The notes: generated from the sequence alone by a model not told the origin. A stretch of DNA of 64,000 bases from Candidatus Sericytochromatia bacterium (GCA_035285125.1 JAYKHR010000165.1:1-64000), one strand, 5' to 3'. Counted from the stretch's first letter, positions 29,339 to 39,621 are shown. Program-made: numbers and translations.

Positions 29339-32300
29339 GTGACCGGCCTCCCGCTGATCCGACGCAAGCTGATGCCCCCGCGCCTGCCGCCTCACATGGT
29401 GACGCGCCGGGCGCTTCACGCTGCGCTGTTGACCGGGCTGGAGCATGGCAAGCGCCTCACGATCGTCTGTGGCGGCCCCGGCTACGGCAAAAGCACGTTG
29501 GCGGCGGCTTACGGCCGCGAGCTGGAGCTGCCGCTCGCGTGGTACACGCTGGAGGAATCGGATACCGACCTCGGGACGTTCCTCGCCTACATGGACGGCG
29601 CCCTGAGGCTTGCGGTGCCTTCGCTGCCGCGCCGGGCCGTGGAGCTCTCCCGTTCCGCCGCGTCGGTGGAGGCCGTGGCCCAGACCGTCGTCGGCCTGCT
29701 TGCCGAGGACCTCGGGGAGGCCGCCGAGGCGGGGGGGCTCCTGGTGCTCGACGACCTTCACGCCGTCGGGAACGTGCCGGCCATCAGCCAGGCCGTGGAG
29801 CACCTTGCCCGCTACCTCCCCGACAACTGGCAGCTGCTGCTCACCAGCCGCGAGCAGCCCGCGCTGCCGCTGGGGCAGCTGCGCGTCCGGCAGCAACTCG
29901 TGGAGATCGGCGTCCGGGAGCTCCGCTTCAACGCGGCCGAGCTGCGCGAGCTGCTGCGGGGCCTGGCGGGCCTGACGCTCTCGAACGCAGACTGCCTGGA
30001 GTTGCTCGGGCAGACAGACGGCTGGGTGGCCAGCGTGATCCTCGCAGCGCAGGCTGTGCGAGGCGCCAGTGGCGACGCCCGGACGCTGCTGTTCCGCGAG
30101 CTCGACCACCCGGCGGCGATGTACGACTACCTCGCGCAAGAGGTCTTCGGCCGGCAGGACGAGGCGCTGCAGCAGTTTCTGCTCGAGACGGCCCTGCTGC
30201 CTCACCTCGATGCCGGGCTGTGCCGCGACGCCCTGGGGCTCGAGGATGCGGCCAGCCGGCTGCAGCGGCTCGTGGCCGGCCAGCTCCTGTTCGCGCTGAG
30301 CCCGGACGAGGAGGCGCCGGCCACCCCGGCGGGGCTCGCCTACGCCTACCAGCCGACCTTCCGGAGGTTCCTGCTCAACAGGCTGCAGGAGACGCGCACC
30401 GGCGCCGAGGTGAAGGCCCTGAGCGCGCGCCTCGGTGACGCGCTGGCCGGCAGTAACCCCGAGGACGCCCTGACGCTGCTGCTGCGGGGGGAGGCCCTCG
30501 AGCGCGCGGAGGCGATCGCCATCTCGTTGGCCGAGGAGCTGCTGGCCCACAACCAGCTCGATCGGGTGAAGGCCTCCCTGGAGCGGTTTCCATCCGATCA
30601 CCGCCTGCGCTCCGCGGCCCTGTGCTTCTACCTGGGCGAGGTCCACCGGCTCTGGGGCGAGCTCGACCTCGCCGCTAGCCTGCTCACGCGCGCGGCCGAT
30701 GCCGGGATGACGGGGGGCCAGGCCTGGCGAGGCCGGGCCCTGATCCACCTGGCGGCCGTGCACGTCGCCCGGCAAGACCCGCAGGCCGAGGCCCTGCTCG
30801 CAGCCGGCGAAGCGGCCTGTGCCCCGGCCGACATGCGCGCCCGGGGCTTCGCCCAAAACCTCCGCGGGGCGCTGGCGTTCGGCGCCCAGGAGCTGGAGAC
30901 GGCCGTGGCCTGCTACGAGGCCTCCCTGGCCTGCTGGCGACAGCTCGCGGACCCCGTTGGTCAGGCCAAGGCGCTGGTGAACCTCGGGCTCTGCCACACG
31001 CGGTTCGGGCGCTTCGAGACGGCCCTCGCCACGTGCCTCGAGGCCGTGGCCCAGTCGGAGCAGGCCGGCCGCGTGCCGCCTCCGATGACGTACAACAACA
31101 TGGCCGCCATCTACACCTACCAGGGGCGCATCCCGGAGGCCTGGGCCGCCGCGCAACGGGCGCTCGAGCTGGCAAGGCTGCTGCGTTCGCGCCGCGATCA
31201 GCTCTACGCCGAGGTCGCCCTGGGCGCGGCCGCGCTGGCCCAAGGGGAGGTGCGACGCGCCGAGGGACACTTCGAAGCCGCGCGGGACGGCGCCCTCACG
31301 ATGCAGGACCGGGGCACGGCGGCGAAGGCCCTCGTGGGGCTGGCGGAGACGGCCTTGCACCAGGGCTCTGCCGGACGGGCCCAGGCGCGGCTCGACGAGG
31401 CGGCGGCGCTGGTGGCCCTCCCTCCCGAGGACCCGAGGAACCAGGACGCAGCCATCACGCAGGTGGCGGTGTGGCTGGAGGCGGGCGAACTGGATCGGGC
31501 GGGCTCGCTGCTCGCCAGCCTGATGCAGGTGTGCGAGGCCTTGGGCTACAGGTTCAGGCAGACCCAGCTCGCCTTCTGGCAGGCCCGCCTGCTTCAGCGT
31601 CGGGGCGAGCGAGCCGACGAGGCCTGGGAGCTGGCGCATCGCCTGGCCGAGGCGGGTGGCTTCAAGGCGTTGGGCGAGGCAGAGGGGGCCCACCGCACCT
31701 CGGCCCACGCGGCGACGCGCGTCGTGCCTGCGGCCCCGGTGGTGACGCCCACCCTGCAGCCAGCCATCCGCATCGACACGCTCGGCGGTCTGCGCGTCGT
31801 GGTGGGGGGACGCGAGGTTGGTGTGAGGGAGTGGCGAGGCTACAAGACCAAGCTCATCCTGGCCTACCTGCTCGCCCACCCCGAGGGGGTGACGAAGGAG
31901 GCCCTCACGGACCTGCTGTACGGCGAGATGGACACGACCCGGACAGCGATCCTGGTGCTGCTCTCCAGGCTGCGACACGCGCTGGAGCCGGATCTGGGCA
32001 AGGGCGCCCCCTCGCGGTTCGTGCAGTTCGTCGATGGCCGCTACTTGTTCAACTTCGCCCTGCCCTACACGCTCGACACCGAGGAGCTCGCTTACCACAT
32101 GCGCCAGGGTGGAGACGAGCGGCAGCCGCTCGACGATCGCCTGCGACACTGGCGGCAGGCGATCGCGCTCCACGGGGGGCCTTACATGGCCGACATGACG
32201 GCCGAGAGCCCTTGGCTGACCATCGAGCGCGAGCGGCACCACCGCCTCCTGCAGGAGGCCCACACCTCGCTGATCCGGGCCTGCCTCGGGCGGGACGACA

Positions 32301-32539
32301 TGCTCGGCGCCCTCGACGCGGCCGAGTCCAACCTGGCCTTCGACGCCTGCAGCGAGCAGGCGCACCAGGTGAAGATGCGCGTGCTGGCCAGGCTCGGGCA
32401 GCGCGACCAGGCCCTCCGCCACTTTCAGATCATGAAGCAGGTGCTGCAGCGGGAGCTGGGCCTGGCCCCGTCGGCGGCCTCGGAGAGCCTGCACCAGGCG
32501 ATCGCCCGCGGTGCCGAGCCCGTCGGCCCCGAGCTCTGA
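29339..32539 (+). CDS. MalT-like ATPase-TPR transcriptional regulator with C-terminal wHTH-BTAD (SARP-type) output
   Basis: GGPGYGKST, LVLDDLH, LRFNAAE, TDGW, YLAQEVF, TPR helices, IDTLGG..LAYLL..LSRLRHALEP, and a BTAD ending RELGLAPS. Confidence 0.88.
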   Translation: MTGLPLIRRKLMPPRLPPHMVTRRALHAALLTGLEHGKRLTIVCGGPGYGKSTLAAAYGRELELPLAWYTLEESDTDLGTFLAYMDGALRLAVPSLPRRAVELSRSAASVEAVAQTVVGLLAEDLGEAAEAGGLLVLDDLHAVGNVPAISQAVEHLARYLPDNWQLLLTSREQPALPLGQLRVRQQLVEIGVRELRFNAAELRELLRGLAGLTLSNADCLELLGQTDGWVASVILAAQAVRGASGDARTLLFRELDHPAAMYDYLAQEVFGRQDEALQQFLLETALLPHLDAGLCRDALGLEDAASRLQRLVAGQLLFALSPDEEAPATPAGLAYAYQPTFRRFLLNRLQETRTGAEVKALSARLGDALAGSNPEDALTLLLRGEALERAEAIAISLAEELLAHNQLDRVKASLERFPSDHRLRSAALCFYLGEVHRLWGELDLAASLLTRAADAGMTGGQAWRGRALIHLAAVHVARQDPQAEALLAAGEAACAPADMRARGFAQNLRGALAFGAQELETAVACYEASLACWRQLADPVGQAKALVNLGLCHTRFGRFETALATCLEAVAQSEQAGRVPPPMTYNNMAAIYTYQGRIPEAWAAAQRALELARLLRSRRDQLYAEVALGAAALAQGEVRRAEGHFEAARDGALTMQDRGTAAKALVGLAETALHQGSAGRAQARLDEAAALVALPPEDPRNQDAAITQVAVWLEAGELDRAGSLLASLMQVCEALGYRFRQTQLAFWQARLLQRRGERADEAWELAHRLAEAGGFKALGEAEGAHRTSAHAATRVVPAAPVVTPTLQPAIRIDTLGGLRVVVGGREVGVREWRGYKTKLILAYLLAHPEGVTKEALTDLLYGEMDTTRTAILVLLSRLRHALEPDLGKGAPSRFVQFVDGRYLFNFALPYTLDTEELAYHMRQGGDERQPLDDRLRHWRQAIALHGGPYMADMTAESPWLTIERERHHRLLQEAHTSLIRACLGRDDMLGALDAAESNLAFDACSEQAHQVKMRVLARLGQRDQALRHFQIMKQVLQRELGLAPSAASESLHQAIARGAEPVGPEL

Positions 32540-32632
32540 TGAGGGTCCCGGAGGCCAGGCCGGAACAACACCGGGCGTGTCATCATCGCTGTCATCGCGG
32601 GCGGGGTACGATGCCCGAGAGGTGACTGCCCC

Positions 32633-33766
32633 ATGACCCCAGGCCGCGCACGTCCCATCCCCCTCCTCCTCGCGACCTCCGTCGCGGTGACCGCCGCGTC
32701 CGGCTGCTGGTCTACGCCGGTCATGCCGGGCCCCAGCGCCGCCCCGACGGCGGTCGCCAGCCCGCGCCCGGTGGCCTCTACGCCTCCCCCCAAGCCCTCG
32801 CCGACGCCGACGCCGAAGCCCGCGGCGAGCGCGGGTGCCGACGAAGATGCCGGCGCATTCGACCTGGCGGCGCCCCTGCCCTCCGCCAGCGTCGACTCCA
32901 CGCTCGAGGCCACGGAGGACCAGCTCGTGAGCGCGGCGCTCAGCTCCGACGAGCTGGCAGCCTACATGCAAACGGACCTCATCCACGACGGGGGCGTCGT
33001 GCTGTACCGGACGCTGGCCGCGCCGCTGGTGGCATCGGGCCGCCGGCTCGAGGGCGACGGCGGCCGCAAGCCCCCGAGCCCCGTGGGTCGCAAGCCCCCC
33101 ATGCAGCGCCAGCTGGAGCGCAAGGGCGAGCCGGAGCTCTCCCTGCGCCAGGCCTGCGACGCCGGCGAAGACTGCAAGGCGGGGCGGCGGCGCGTCCGCG
33201 CCGCCGTCACGGTACGCCAGGTGGTGCGCGCCCAGCTCACGGACACCACGGGGGCCACCGTGACCAAGCGCTACGCGGAGGTCTTCCTCCGGGAGGTCGT
33301 GCTGGGGCCCAAGGCCGGCAAGATGAGCCTCGAGGCCATCGGGCCCCTGATGCTCCGCGCCGCGGGAGACGCCCGCGGCCTCGAGATGCGGGAGGTGGCC
33401 CTGAGCCTGCAGGACGGCCTGCCGCTGCTGGCCTGGCGGGCCGGCGACCGCCCCACGCCCGTGGCGCAGCTGCCGGTGCTGGCCGCCGGGGGCACCCTCC
33501 GCGTCCGGGTCCGCATCGACCAGGCCCGTCCGAGCGGGCTGGTGGTGCTGGCGGGCTTTCCGGGACAGAAGTGGGACGAGCGCGTGAAGCTGGTTGCCAG
33601 CGGGGTCGACACCGCCACCGGCGAGTACAGCGGGTCGGTGACGGTCCCGGCGCGCCAGGGTGCCACCCACCTGCTCATCGAGGCCGTCGACGCGCGCTCG
33701 CTCGAGCCGGCGGGGGCCTACCGCTCGGTGGGCCTCGGGTTCAGTGGCCGCGTGGGGGCCCCCTGA
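32633..33766 (+). CDS. Hypothetical lipoprotein
   Basis: Lipobox ASGC, Pro-rich linker, beta-rich C-terminus. Confidence 0.7.
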   Translation: MTPGRARPIPLLLATSVAVTAASGCWSTPVMPGPSAAPTAVASPRPVASTPPPKPSPTPTPKPAASAGADEDAGAFDLAAPLPSASVDSTLEATEDQLVSAALSSDELAAYMQTDLIHDGGVVLYRTLAAPLVASGRRLEGDGGRKPPSPVGRKPPMQRQLERKGEPELSLRQACDAGEDCKAGRRRVRAAVTVRQVVRAQLTDTTGATVTKRYAEVFLREVVLGPKAGKMSLEAIGPLMLRAAGDARGLEMREVALSLQDGLPLLAWRAGDRPTPVAQLPVLAAGGTLRVRVRIDQARPSGLVVLAGFPGQKWDERVKLVASGVDTATGEYSGSVTVPARQGATHLLIEAVDARSLEPAGAYRSVGLGFSGRVGAP

Positions 33767-35760
33767 GCGTGGGCCAGGATGGCGCCGAGGAACTCGCTGC
33801 CGTAGCGTGACAGCTTCTCGGGGCCAACCCCCTTCACCGCCAGCATCGCCCCCAGGCTGGTGGGCCGGGCGGCGGCGAGGTCCTCCAACGTCTGGTTGGA
33901 GAAGACCTTGTAGGCGGGCACGTCCTGCTCCCGGGCCAGCTGCCCGCGCAGCCGCACCAGCGAGTCGTACAGGGCCCCGTTCCCGCCGGCGGCCCGGAGC
34001 CCCGCAGCCGGGCGCCGGGCGGGCGCCGCGCCAGGCGCGTCCGTCTGGTCGAGGCAAACGTCGCAGCGGCCGCACCGGCCCGCCGTGCGCTCGCCGAAGT
34101 AGTCCAGGATGACGTTGCGCCGGCATCGCGGCGCGGTCGCGAAGCCGACCATGCGCTCGAGGCGGGCCAGCTCGCGGGCCTGCTTGCTCTCGATGTAGGC
34201 CAGGTCCAGGGCAGCCAGCGGGTCATCGACGCGGGCCAGCACCCGCAGCCCCCGCGTCCGAGCGGGGGGGATGTAGTCGAGCACGCCTCGTGCCCGCAAC
34301 GCCAGCAGGGCGTGGTGGATCGCCTCTCGGGGCTCCCCGACCGTGGCGGCGAGCGCGCCCAGCTCGACCGGCGCCCCGCTGTTGACGCCAGGCAGGCGGT
34401 CCACGACCTCCAGGACCCGGTGCTGAATGGCGCTGCGAGGCGCCGGGAGCCCAGCGCGTACCATGCGCACCTCTGCCACCGAGGCCCCTCGGGCCAGGCG
34501 CTCGATGAGGCCTGCGCGCTCAAGCCAGAGCAGCGACGTGCCAACAGCCATGTCGTGGGCTTTGTGCGGCAGCTGCCGGTTGATGGCCTCCTGGCTCAGG
34601 AAGATGTCCTGCTCGGGCCGCCCGGCCAGGACGCGGTAGACGCCGGCCACCGTCTCCGGTCGGGGGCACCCCCCTTCGATGAAGAACTCCTGCAGGTAAC
34701 GGTCCGCCGGGCTGTAGAGCAGCACGCAGTAGGCGGGGTGCCCGTCCCGTCCCGCCCTGCCGGCCTCCTGGTAGTAAGCCTCCAGGGTGCCCGGCAGGTC
34801 GTGGTGGACGACGGCCCGCACGTCCGGCTTGTCGATTCCCATGCCGAAGGCGTTGGTGGCCACCACGACCCGAGCCCGGCCGGCCATGAAACGTTCCTGG
34901 GCCGCAGCCCGCTCCTCGTCCCCGAGCCCCGCATGGTAAGCGACGGCCCCGATCCCGGCCGAGACGAGGCGCTCCGTGACGGCCTCGACGTTCTTGCGTG
35001 TCGCGGCATAGACGATCGCGGCCCCGGGCACCCTGTCGAGGATCTCCAGCAGCTTCTCAGCCTTGGCCTCCTCAGAGGGCGTGTGGCGCACGACGTAGCG
35101 GAGGTTGGGGCGATCGAAGCCCGAGACCACAATGTGCGGGTCCCGCAGGCCCAGCTGGCCGATCACGTCCGTCCGCACCTCTGGCGTGGCCGTGGCCGTG
35201 GCAGCCAGCACCACCGGATCGCCACAGGCTTCTCGCGCGGCTCGCAGCTTCAGGTAGTCAGGGCGAAAGTCGTGGCCCCACTGAGACAGGCAGTGGGCCT
35301 CGTCGATGGCCAGCAGGGAGACGCGCACGTGCCGAAGGGCCTCGAGGAACGCCCGCTGACGAAACCGCTCAGGCGCGACGTAGAGCAACCGCCAGGTGCC
35401 CTCGACCAGCCCCTCGAGGCGCTCTGCCTGGGTCTCCGGATCAAGGCTGCTGTTCACGAAGGTCGCCGGGATGCCCCGCGCCTCGAGGGCATCGACCTGG
35501 TCCTTCATCAGGGCGATGAGCGGCGACACCACCACCGTAACGCCGGGCAGCAGCAGCGCGGGAAGCTGGTAACACAGCGACTTGCCACGGCCGGTGGGCA
35601 TCACGGCGAGCGTGGAGCGCCCCGCGAGCAGGGCGTCGATGACCTCCCGCTGGCCCTCGCGGAAGCCTGAGAGCCCGAATCGCTCACGCAGGCAGGCTTC
35701 TATGTCGTGGGGGGGAGGGGCAGGCATGTGGCACGGGGTGGCTGGAGGCAGGGCCGCCAT
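33718..35760 (-). CDS. recQ: RecQ family ATP-dependent DNA helicase with HRDC domain
   Basis: MPTGRGKSLCYQ, DEAHCLSQWGHDFRP, ATNAFGMGIDK, YYQEAGRAGRDG, CRR..CGRCDVC, HRDC (VPAYKVFSNQTL); start may be 35728. Confidence 0.93.
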   Translation of the reverse strand: MAALPPATPCHMPAPPPHDIEACLRERFGLSGFREGQREVIDALLAGRSTLAVMPTGRGKSLCYQLPALLLPGVTVVVSPLIALMKDQVDALEARGIPATFVNSSLDPETQAERLEGLVEGTWRLLYVAPERFRQRAFLEALRHVRVSLLAIDEAHCLSQWGHDFRPDYLKLRAAREACGDPVVLAATATATPEVRTDVIGQLGLRDPHIVVSGFDRPNLRYVVRHTPSEEAKAEKLLEILDRVPGAAIVYAATRKNVEAVTERLVSAGIGAVAYHAGLGDEERAAAQERFMAGRARVVVATNAFGMGIDKPDVRAVVHHDLPGTLEAYYQEAGRAGRDGHPAYCVLLYSPADRYLQEFFIEGGCPRPETVAGVYRVLAGRPEQDIFLSQEAINRQLPHKAHDMAVGTSLLWLERAGLIERLARGASVAEVRMVRAGLPAPRSAIQHRVLEVVDRLPGVNSGAPVELGALAATVGEPREAIHHALLALRARGVLDYIPPARTRGLRVLARVDDPLAALDLAYIESKQARELARLERMVGFATAPRCRRNVILDYFGERTAGRCGRCDVCLDQTDAPGAAPARRPAAGLRAAGGNGALYDSLVRLRGQLAREQDVPAYKVFSNQTLEDLAAARPTSLGAMLAVKGVGPEKLSRYGSEFLGAILAHAQGAPTRPLNPRPTER

Positions 35761-35831
35761 TGTAGCCGCTCGCCAGCGCGCCGGCCAGCGAAACGCCTGT
35801 TCAGGAGCGCTTCCCCTCGCCCCTGAACACC

Positions 35832-36566
35832 CTAGGAGGCCCGGTCCACCACCACGCCGCTGCCGGCGGGGGTGCCAAGCGTCTCGACGCTGGCCTCGGC
35901 ATCGTCGAGCCGTCCAGCCTCGACCGTGAACGTGAGGACCTGCTTCTCGCCAGGCGCCAGCGTCACCTTGCGCGTCTGGATCACCCCCGTCGGGTTGCCG
36001 TCGTCGAGGAAGCGGACCTGCACCCGCCCGCTCAAGGTGCGGTCTGCCGGGTTCTCGACCTCGACGCGCGCGGAGATTTTCCCGCCCCGTAGCCGGGCGA
36101 AGAACCCTGGCTCCTTGACCTCAGCCACCCAGGCGGACAGCCTGGTGGCAGCCACGGGCGGCGGGGTCGGCGACGCGCTGGCCCGCGCCCGGACCACGGC
36201 ATCGTCGCCGTAAGAAGCCCCGTAGTCGCCGTAGCTGCCGCTCGTGATGGCCCGCGGGCTGGCGCCGGGGCCCGTCGGCCCCTCAGCGTCCGAGCCGCCG
36301 TAGGCCATGCCATAGGACGTGCCGGACGTTCCCGTCCCGTAGCCCGAGCCGTAGTTGGACTCGTACGAGCCACCGGTGTCGCCCCCGTAGCCTCCGCTGT
36401 AGGAGCCCCCGAGGTCCCCACCATACCCCGCCCCGTAGCCGGCCTCGGCGCCGTAACCGGCACCATATCCGTAGGGGTCAGCCCCGAGGGGGCCACCCAC
36501 GCCACAGCCAGCCGCGGCCAGGATGGCAGCGGCGAGGGCAATGGCACGGAGTGAGCGGGTCAGCAT
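35832..36566 (-). CDS. Lipoprotein with Gly/Tyr/Ser low-complexity region and C-terminal beta domain
   Basis: Lipobox AAGC; about 80 aa of GY/SY repeats; VEVENP...TLAPGEK Ig-like tail. Confidence 0.8.
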   Translation of the reverse strand: MLTRSLRAIALAAAILAAAGCGVGGPLGADPYGYGAGYGAEAGYGAGYGGDLGGSYSGGYGGDTGGSYESNYGSGYGTGTSGTSYGMAYGGSDAEGPTGPGASPRAITSGSYGDYGASYGDDAVVRARASASPTPPPVAATRLSAWVAEVKEPGFFARLRGGKISARVEVENPADRTLSGRVQVRFLDDGNPTGVIQTRKVTLAPGEKQVLTFTVEAGRLDDAEASVETLGTPAGSGVVVDRAS

Positions 36567-36833
36567 GGGCAGGGCGCTCCAGGCAGGTCTCCTTATATAT
36601 AGCTTAACACTGCCTTGGACTTACCTGGTCGCGCGCACCCGACTGAACCGCCCCACGGGGTGATGCGGGCGAGCCGCCTTTCCTTGACAGGTCATTAAGG
36701 TTGTTTTATTCTTTCTTTAACATTTGAAGTTAACGTTGGGCCCCCGGGGGATAACCGACGCCTGCCTCAGGCCGAAACCGCCCTGCCCGTTCGAGTCGAT
36801 CGCCGCCCCGCGGCGTCTGAAGAGGATGGACCG

Positions 36834-37400
36834 ATGCGTCACACGGCACTCTCCCTGATCACCCTGACCACCCTGCTGGTCGCGGGCTGCGGCACGCAGA
36901 CTGGCACCCCGACGCCGCGCCTTGGCGGCGTTTCCCAGGCCGCGAGCCTGACGGACGAGGGCAGCCTCGTGTTCGACAAGGACGTCGTCTACAAGGCCCT
37001 CGACGTGCTCGGCGTCGGTCCCGTCTTCGGCGGCAAGCTGAAGGCTGCCGGGGTCGACACCGTGAAGGAGTTGCTGCTTGCCGGCACGACGCCGACCGCC
37101 CGCCGCAAGCTGGCCGAGAGCACGGGCCTGAGCCCCAAGAACCTGCTCACGTGGATCAACCACGCCGACCTGATGCGCGTGACGGGCTGCGGCCCGGAGT
37201 ACTCCCGGCTGCTCGAGCGCGCTGGTGTCGATACCGTCATGGAGTTGGCCCGGCGCAACTCCATCCAACTCGCGGCGCGCCTCAAGGCCGCCAACGACCT
37301 GGGCGGCGGGCGCAAGTGCGTCCAGCGCCTGCCCAACGTGACCACCACCACACGCTGGGTCGACAACGCCAACTCCTTCGCCCGCCTGGTCTCCTACTGA
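36834..37400 (+). CDS. DUF4332-like (HhH-type) domain lipoprotein
   Basis: Lipobox VAGC; GVGPVFGGKLKAAGVDTVKELL, WINHADLMRVTGCGPEYSRLLERAGVDTVMELARRN. Confidence 0.85.
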   Translation: MRHTALSLITLTTLLVAGCGTQTGTPTPRLGGVSQAASLTDEGSLVFDKDVVYKALDVLGVGPVFGGKLKAAGVDTVKELLLAGTTPTARRKLAESTGLSPKNLLTWINHADLMRVTGCGPEYSRLLERAGVDTVMELARRNSIQLAARLKAANDLGGGRKCVQRLPNVTTTTRWVDNANSFARLVSY

Positions 37401-37415
37401 TCGCAGGGCGGCAAC

Positions 37416-37447
37416 AGGCCGGGGCCCCGAGGGGTCCCGGCCTTTTT
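37416..37447 (+). terminator. Intrinsic terminator
   Basis: AGGCCGGGGCCCC-GA-GGGGTCCCGGCCT followed by a T run. Confidence 0.75.
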
Positions 37448-37536
37448 GTTCATCCCCCAGACCGACCCTCGTCGCTTGGGCCGCCGTCGCGCGCCCCCCT
37501 ACGATGGGGCGCACCTGGAGCCAGGAGGAGGAAAGC

Positions 37537-38118
37537 ATGAGCGCACATCAAGGGGGACGGGGCCGCCAGCAGGCTGGCGGGGAGCACAGACCGAAGACCA
37601 CGCGACACGTGGCCGGCGTGCCCATCATGGGCAAGCACCGGGCGCCGCGCTTCACCAAGGTCGCGGAGGTGATGACGCCGCACGTGGTGGCCGTCACCGG
37701 CGTGACCTTCCTGCCGGAGGCCGCCCGCATCATGAAAGAGGAGGACGTGGGTGCCTTGCCGGTGGTCAAAGAGGACGGGACGCTGATCGGCATCGTCACC
37801 GACCGCGACATCACGGTCCGGGCGGTGGCCGCAGGCCTGGACCCACGCGAGATCCGCGTCGGGGAAATCGCGACGATGGAGGACCTGGTCACGCTGTCCC
37901 CGGCCACCACGCTGGCCGAGGCAGAGGCGTGCATGGCCGAGCACCAGGTCCGCCGCCTGCCCGTGGTCGAGTCGGGCGAGCGGGTGGTCGGCATGCTGGC
38001 GCTGGCCGACCTGGCGTCACTGGCGTCGGGCAAGGATCTCAAGGCGGTGGTGGAGGACATCTCCCGCGCGGGTGGCGAGCACACCCAGGTCGCTGAAAAC
38101 CTGCCGAAGCACGGCTGA
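37537..38118 (+). CDS. CBS-domain protein
   Basis: VAEVMT, VGALPVV, GIVTDRDI, QVRRLPVV, GMLALADL; ATG 37537 after AGGAGG. Confidence 0.9.
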   Translation: MSAHQGGRGRQQAGGEHRPKTTRHVAGVPIMGKHRAPRFTKVAEVMTPHVVAVTGVTFLPEAARIMKEEDVGALPVVKEDGTLIGIVTDRDITVRAVAAGLDPREIRVGEIATMEDLVTLSPATTLAEAEACMAEHQVRRLPVVESGERVVGMLALADLASLASGKDLKAVVEDISRAGGEHTQVAENLPKHG

Positions 38119-38137
38119 GGCGGAGCCCCAAAAGGTA

Positions 38138-38169
38138 GCGAGCCCCCTTCCTCACGGAAGGGGGCTCGC
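38138..38169. terminator. Bidirectional terminator hairpin
   Basis: GCGAGCCCCCTTCC-TCAC-GGAAGGGGGCTCGC between convergent genes. Confidence 0.75.
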
Positions 38170-38181
38170 CCCGTTCAGGGC

Positions 38182-39486
38182 TCAGTAGCGGTAGTGACCG
38201 GGCTTGAACGGGCCCTCTGCGGGTATGCCCAGGTACTCGGCCTGCTCGTTCGAGAGCCTGGTCAGCTTGACGCCGAGCTTCTCAAGGTGGAGGCGCGCCA
38301 CCTCTTCGTCCAGCTTCTTAGGCAGCACGTGGACGCCGAGGGGGTAGCTGTCCTTCCACAGGGAGATCTGCGCCAGCACCTGGTTGGTGAACGAGGTGCT
38401 CATGACGAACGAGGGGTGGCCGGTGGCGCAGCCCAGGTTGACGAGGCGGCCGGAGGCCAGGACGATCACGCCCCGGCCGTTGCCCAGCGTGTAGCGGTCC
38501 ACCTGCGGCTTGATGGTGTCCTTCTGGGCGTTGGCGTCGAGCCACGCCACGTCGATCTCGCAGTCGAAGTGGCCGATGTTGCAGACGATGGCGTTGTCCT
38601 TCATCGCGAGCAGGTGCTCGGGTCGGATGATGCCCAGGCAGCCCGTGGCCGTCACGAAGATGTCAGCCACGGGGGCCGCGTCCTCCATCGTGACGACCTC
38701 GAAGCCCTCCATCGCTGCCTGCAGCGCGCAGATGGGGTCGATCTCCGTGATCAGCACGCGGGCGCCGTAGTTCCGCATCGAGTGCGCGGAGCCCTTGCCC
38801 ACGTCGCCGTAACCGGCCACCACCACGACCTTGCCACCCACCATGGCGTCCGTGGCCCGCTTGATGCCGTCGGCCAGCGACTCGCGGCAGCCGTAGAGGT
38901 TGTCGAACTTCGACTTCGTGACGGAGTCGTTGACGTTGATCGCCGGCACCTTCAGCTCGTTGCGCTCCATCATCTGGTAGAGCCGGTGCACGCCCGTGGT
39001 GGTCTCCTCGGACAGGCCCTTGACGTCGGCGAGCAGCTCGGGGTGCTGCTGATGGACGACCTGCGTCAGGTCGCCGCCGTCATCGAGGATGAGGTTCAGG
39101 CCGCGGCCGTCGGGCCAGCGCAGCGTCTGGTCGATGCACCACCAGTACTCCTCCTCGGTCTCGCCCTTCCAGGCGAAGACCGGAATGCCGGCAGCGGCGA
39201 TGGCGGCAGCGGCATGGTCCTGCGTGGAGAAGATGTTGCAGCTCGACCAGCGCACGTCGGCGCCCAGCTCCACCAGCGTCTCGATGAGCACGGCGGTCTG
39301 GATGGTCATGTGAAGCGAACCGGCGATCCGGGCGCCCGCGAGGGGCTTCTGGCCCTTGTAGCGTTCGCGGAGAGCCATCAGGCCGGGCATCTCCTTCTCG
39401 GCGATCGCGATTTCCTTGCGGCCCCACTCGGCGAGCGAGATGTCCGCAACCTTGTAGTCTTGCTGCTTGACGGTCATGGTGGTCAC
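38182..39486 (-). CDS. ahcY: Adenosylhomocysteinase
   Basis: [60 protein letters not shown]. Confidence 0.98.
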   Translation of the reverse strand: MTTMTVKQQDYKVADISLAEWGRKEIAIAEKEMPGLMALRERYKGQKPLAGARIAGSLHMTIQTAVLIETLVELGADVRWSSCNIFSTQDHAAAAIAAAGIPVFAWKGETEEEYWWCIDQTLRWPDGRGLNLILDDGGDLTQVVHQQHPELLADVKGLSEETTTGVHRLYQMMERNELKVPAINVNDSVTKSKFDNLYGCRESLADGIKRATDAMVGGKVVVVAGYGDVGKGSAHSMRNYGARVLITEIDPICALQAAMEGFEVVTMEDAAPVADIFVTATGCLGIIRPEHLLAMKDNAIVCNIGHFDCEIDVAWLDANAQKDTIKPQVDRYTLGNGRGVIVLASGRLVNLGCATGHPSFVMSTSFTNQVLAQISLWKDSYPLGVHVLPKKLDEEVARLHLEKLGVKLTRLSNEQAEYLGIPAEGPFKPGHYRY

Positions 39487-39621
39487 TGGGGACTCCTAAA
39501 AAAACAGGCGTGAATCCTGGTCCGGCGCGTTGGCGTCGGTGACGCGCCATTATCGCGCATCCGGCCGGCAGGCGCCAGCGGCCGGTGGGTGGCGTGGCGT
39601 TCACGGCAGGGGCCTCGGCCG

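Noticed and set aside
39487..39620. SAH riboswitch upstream of ahcY
   Set aside because: The conserved GAGGAGCG / CAGGCUC core was not found.
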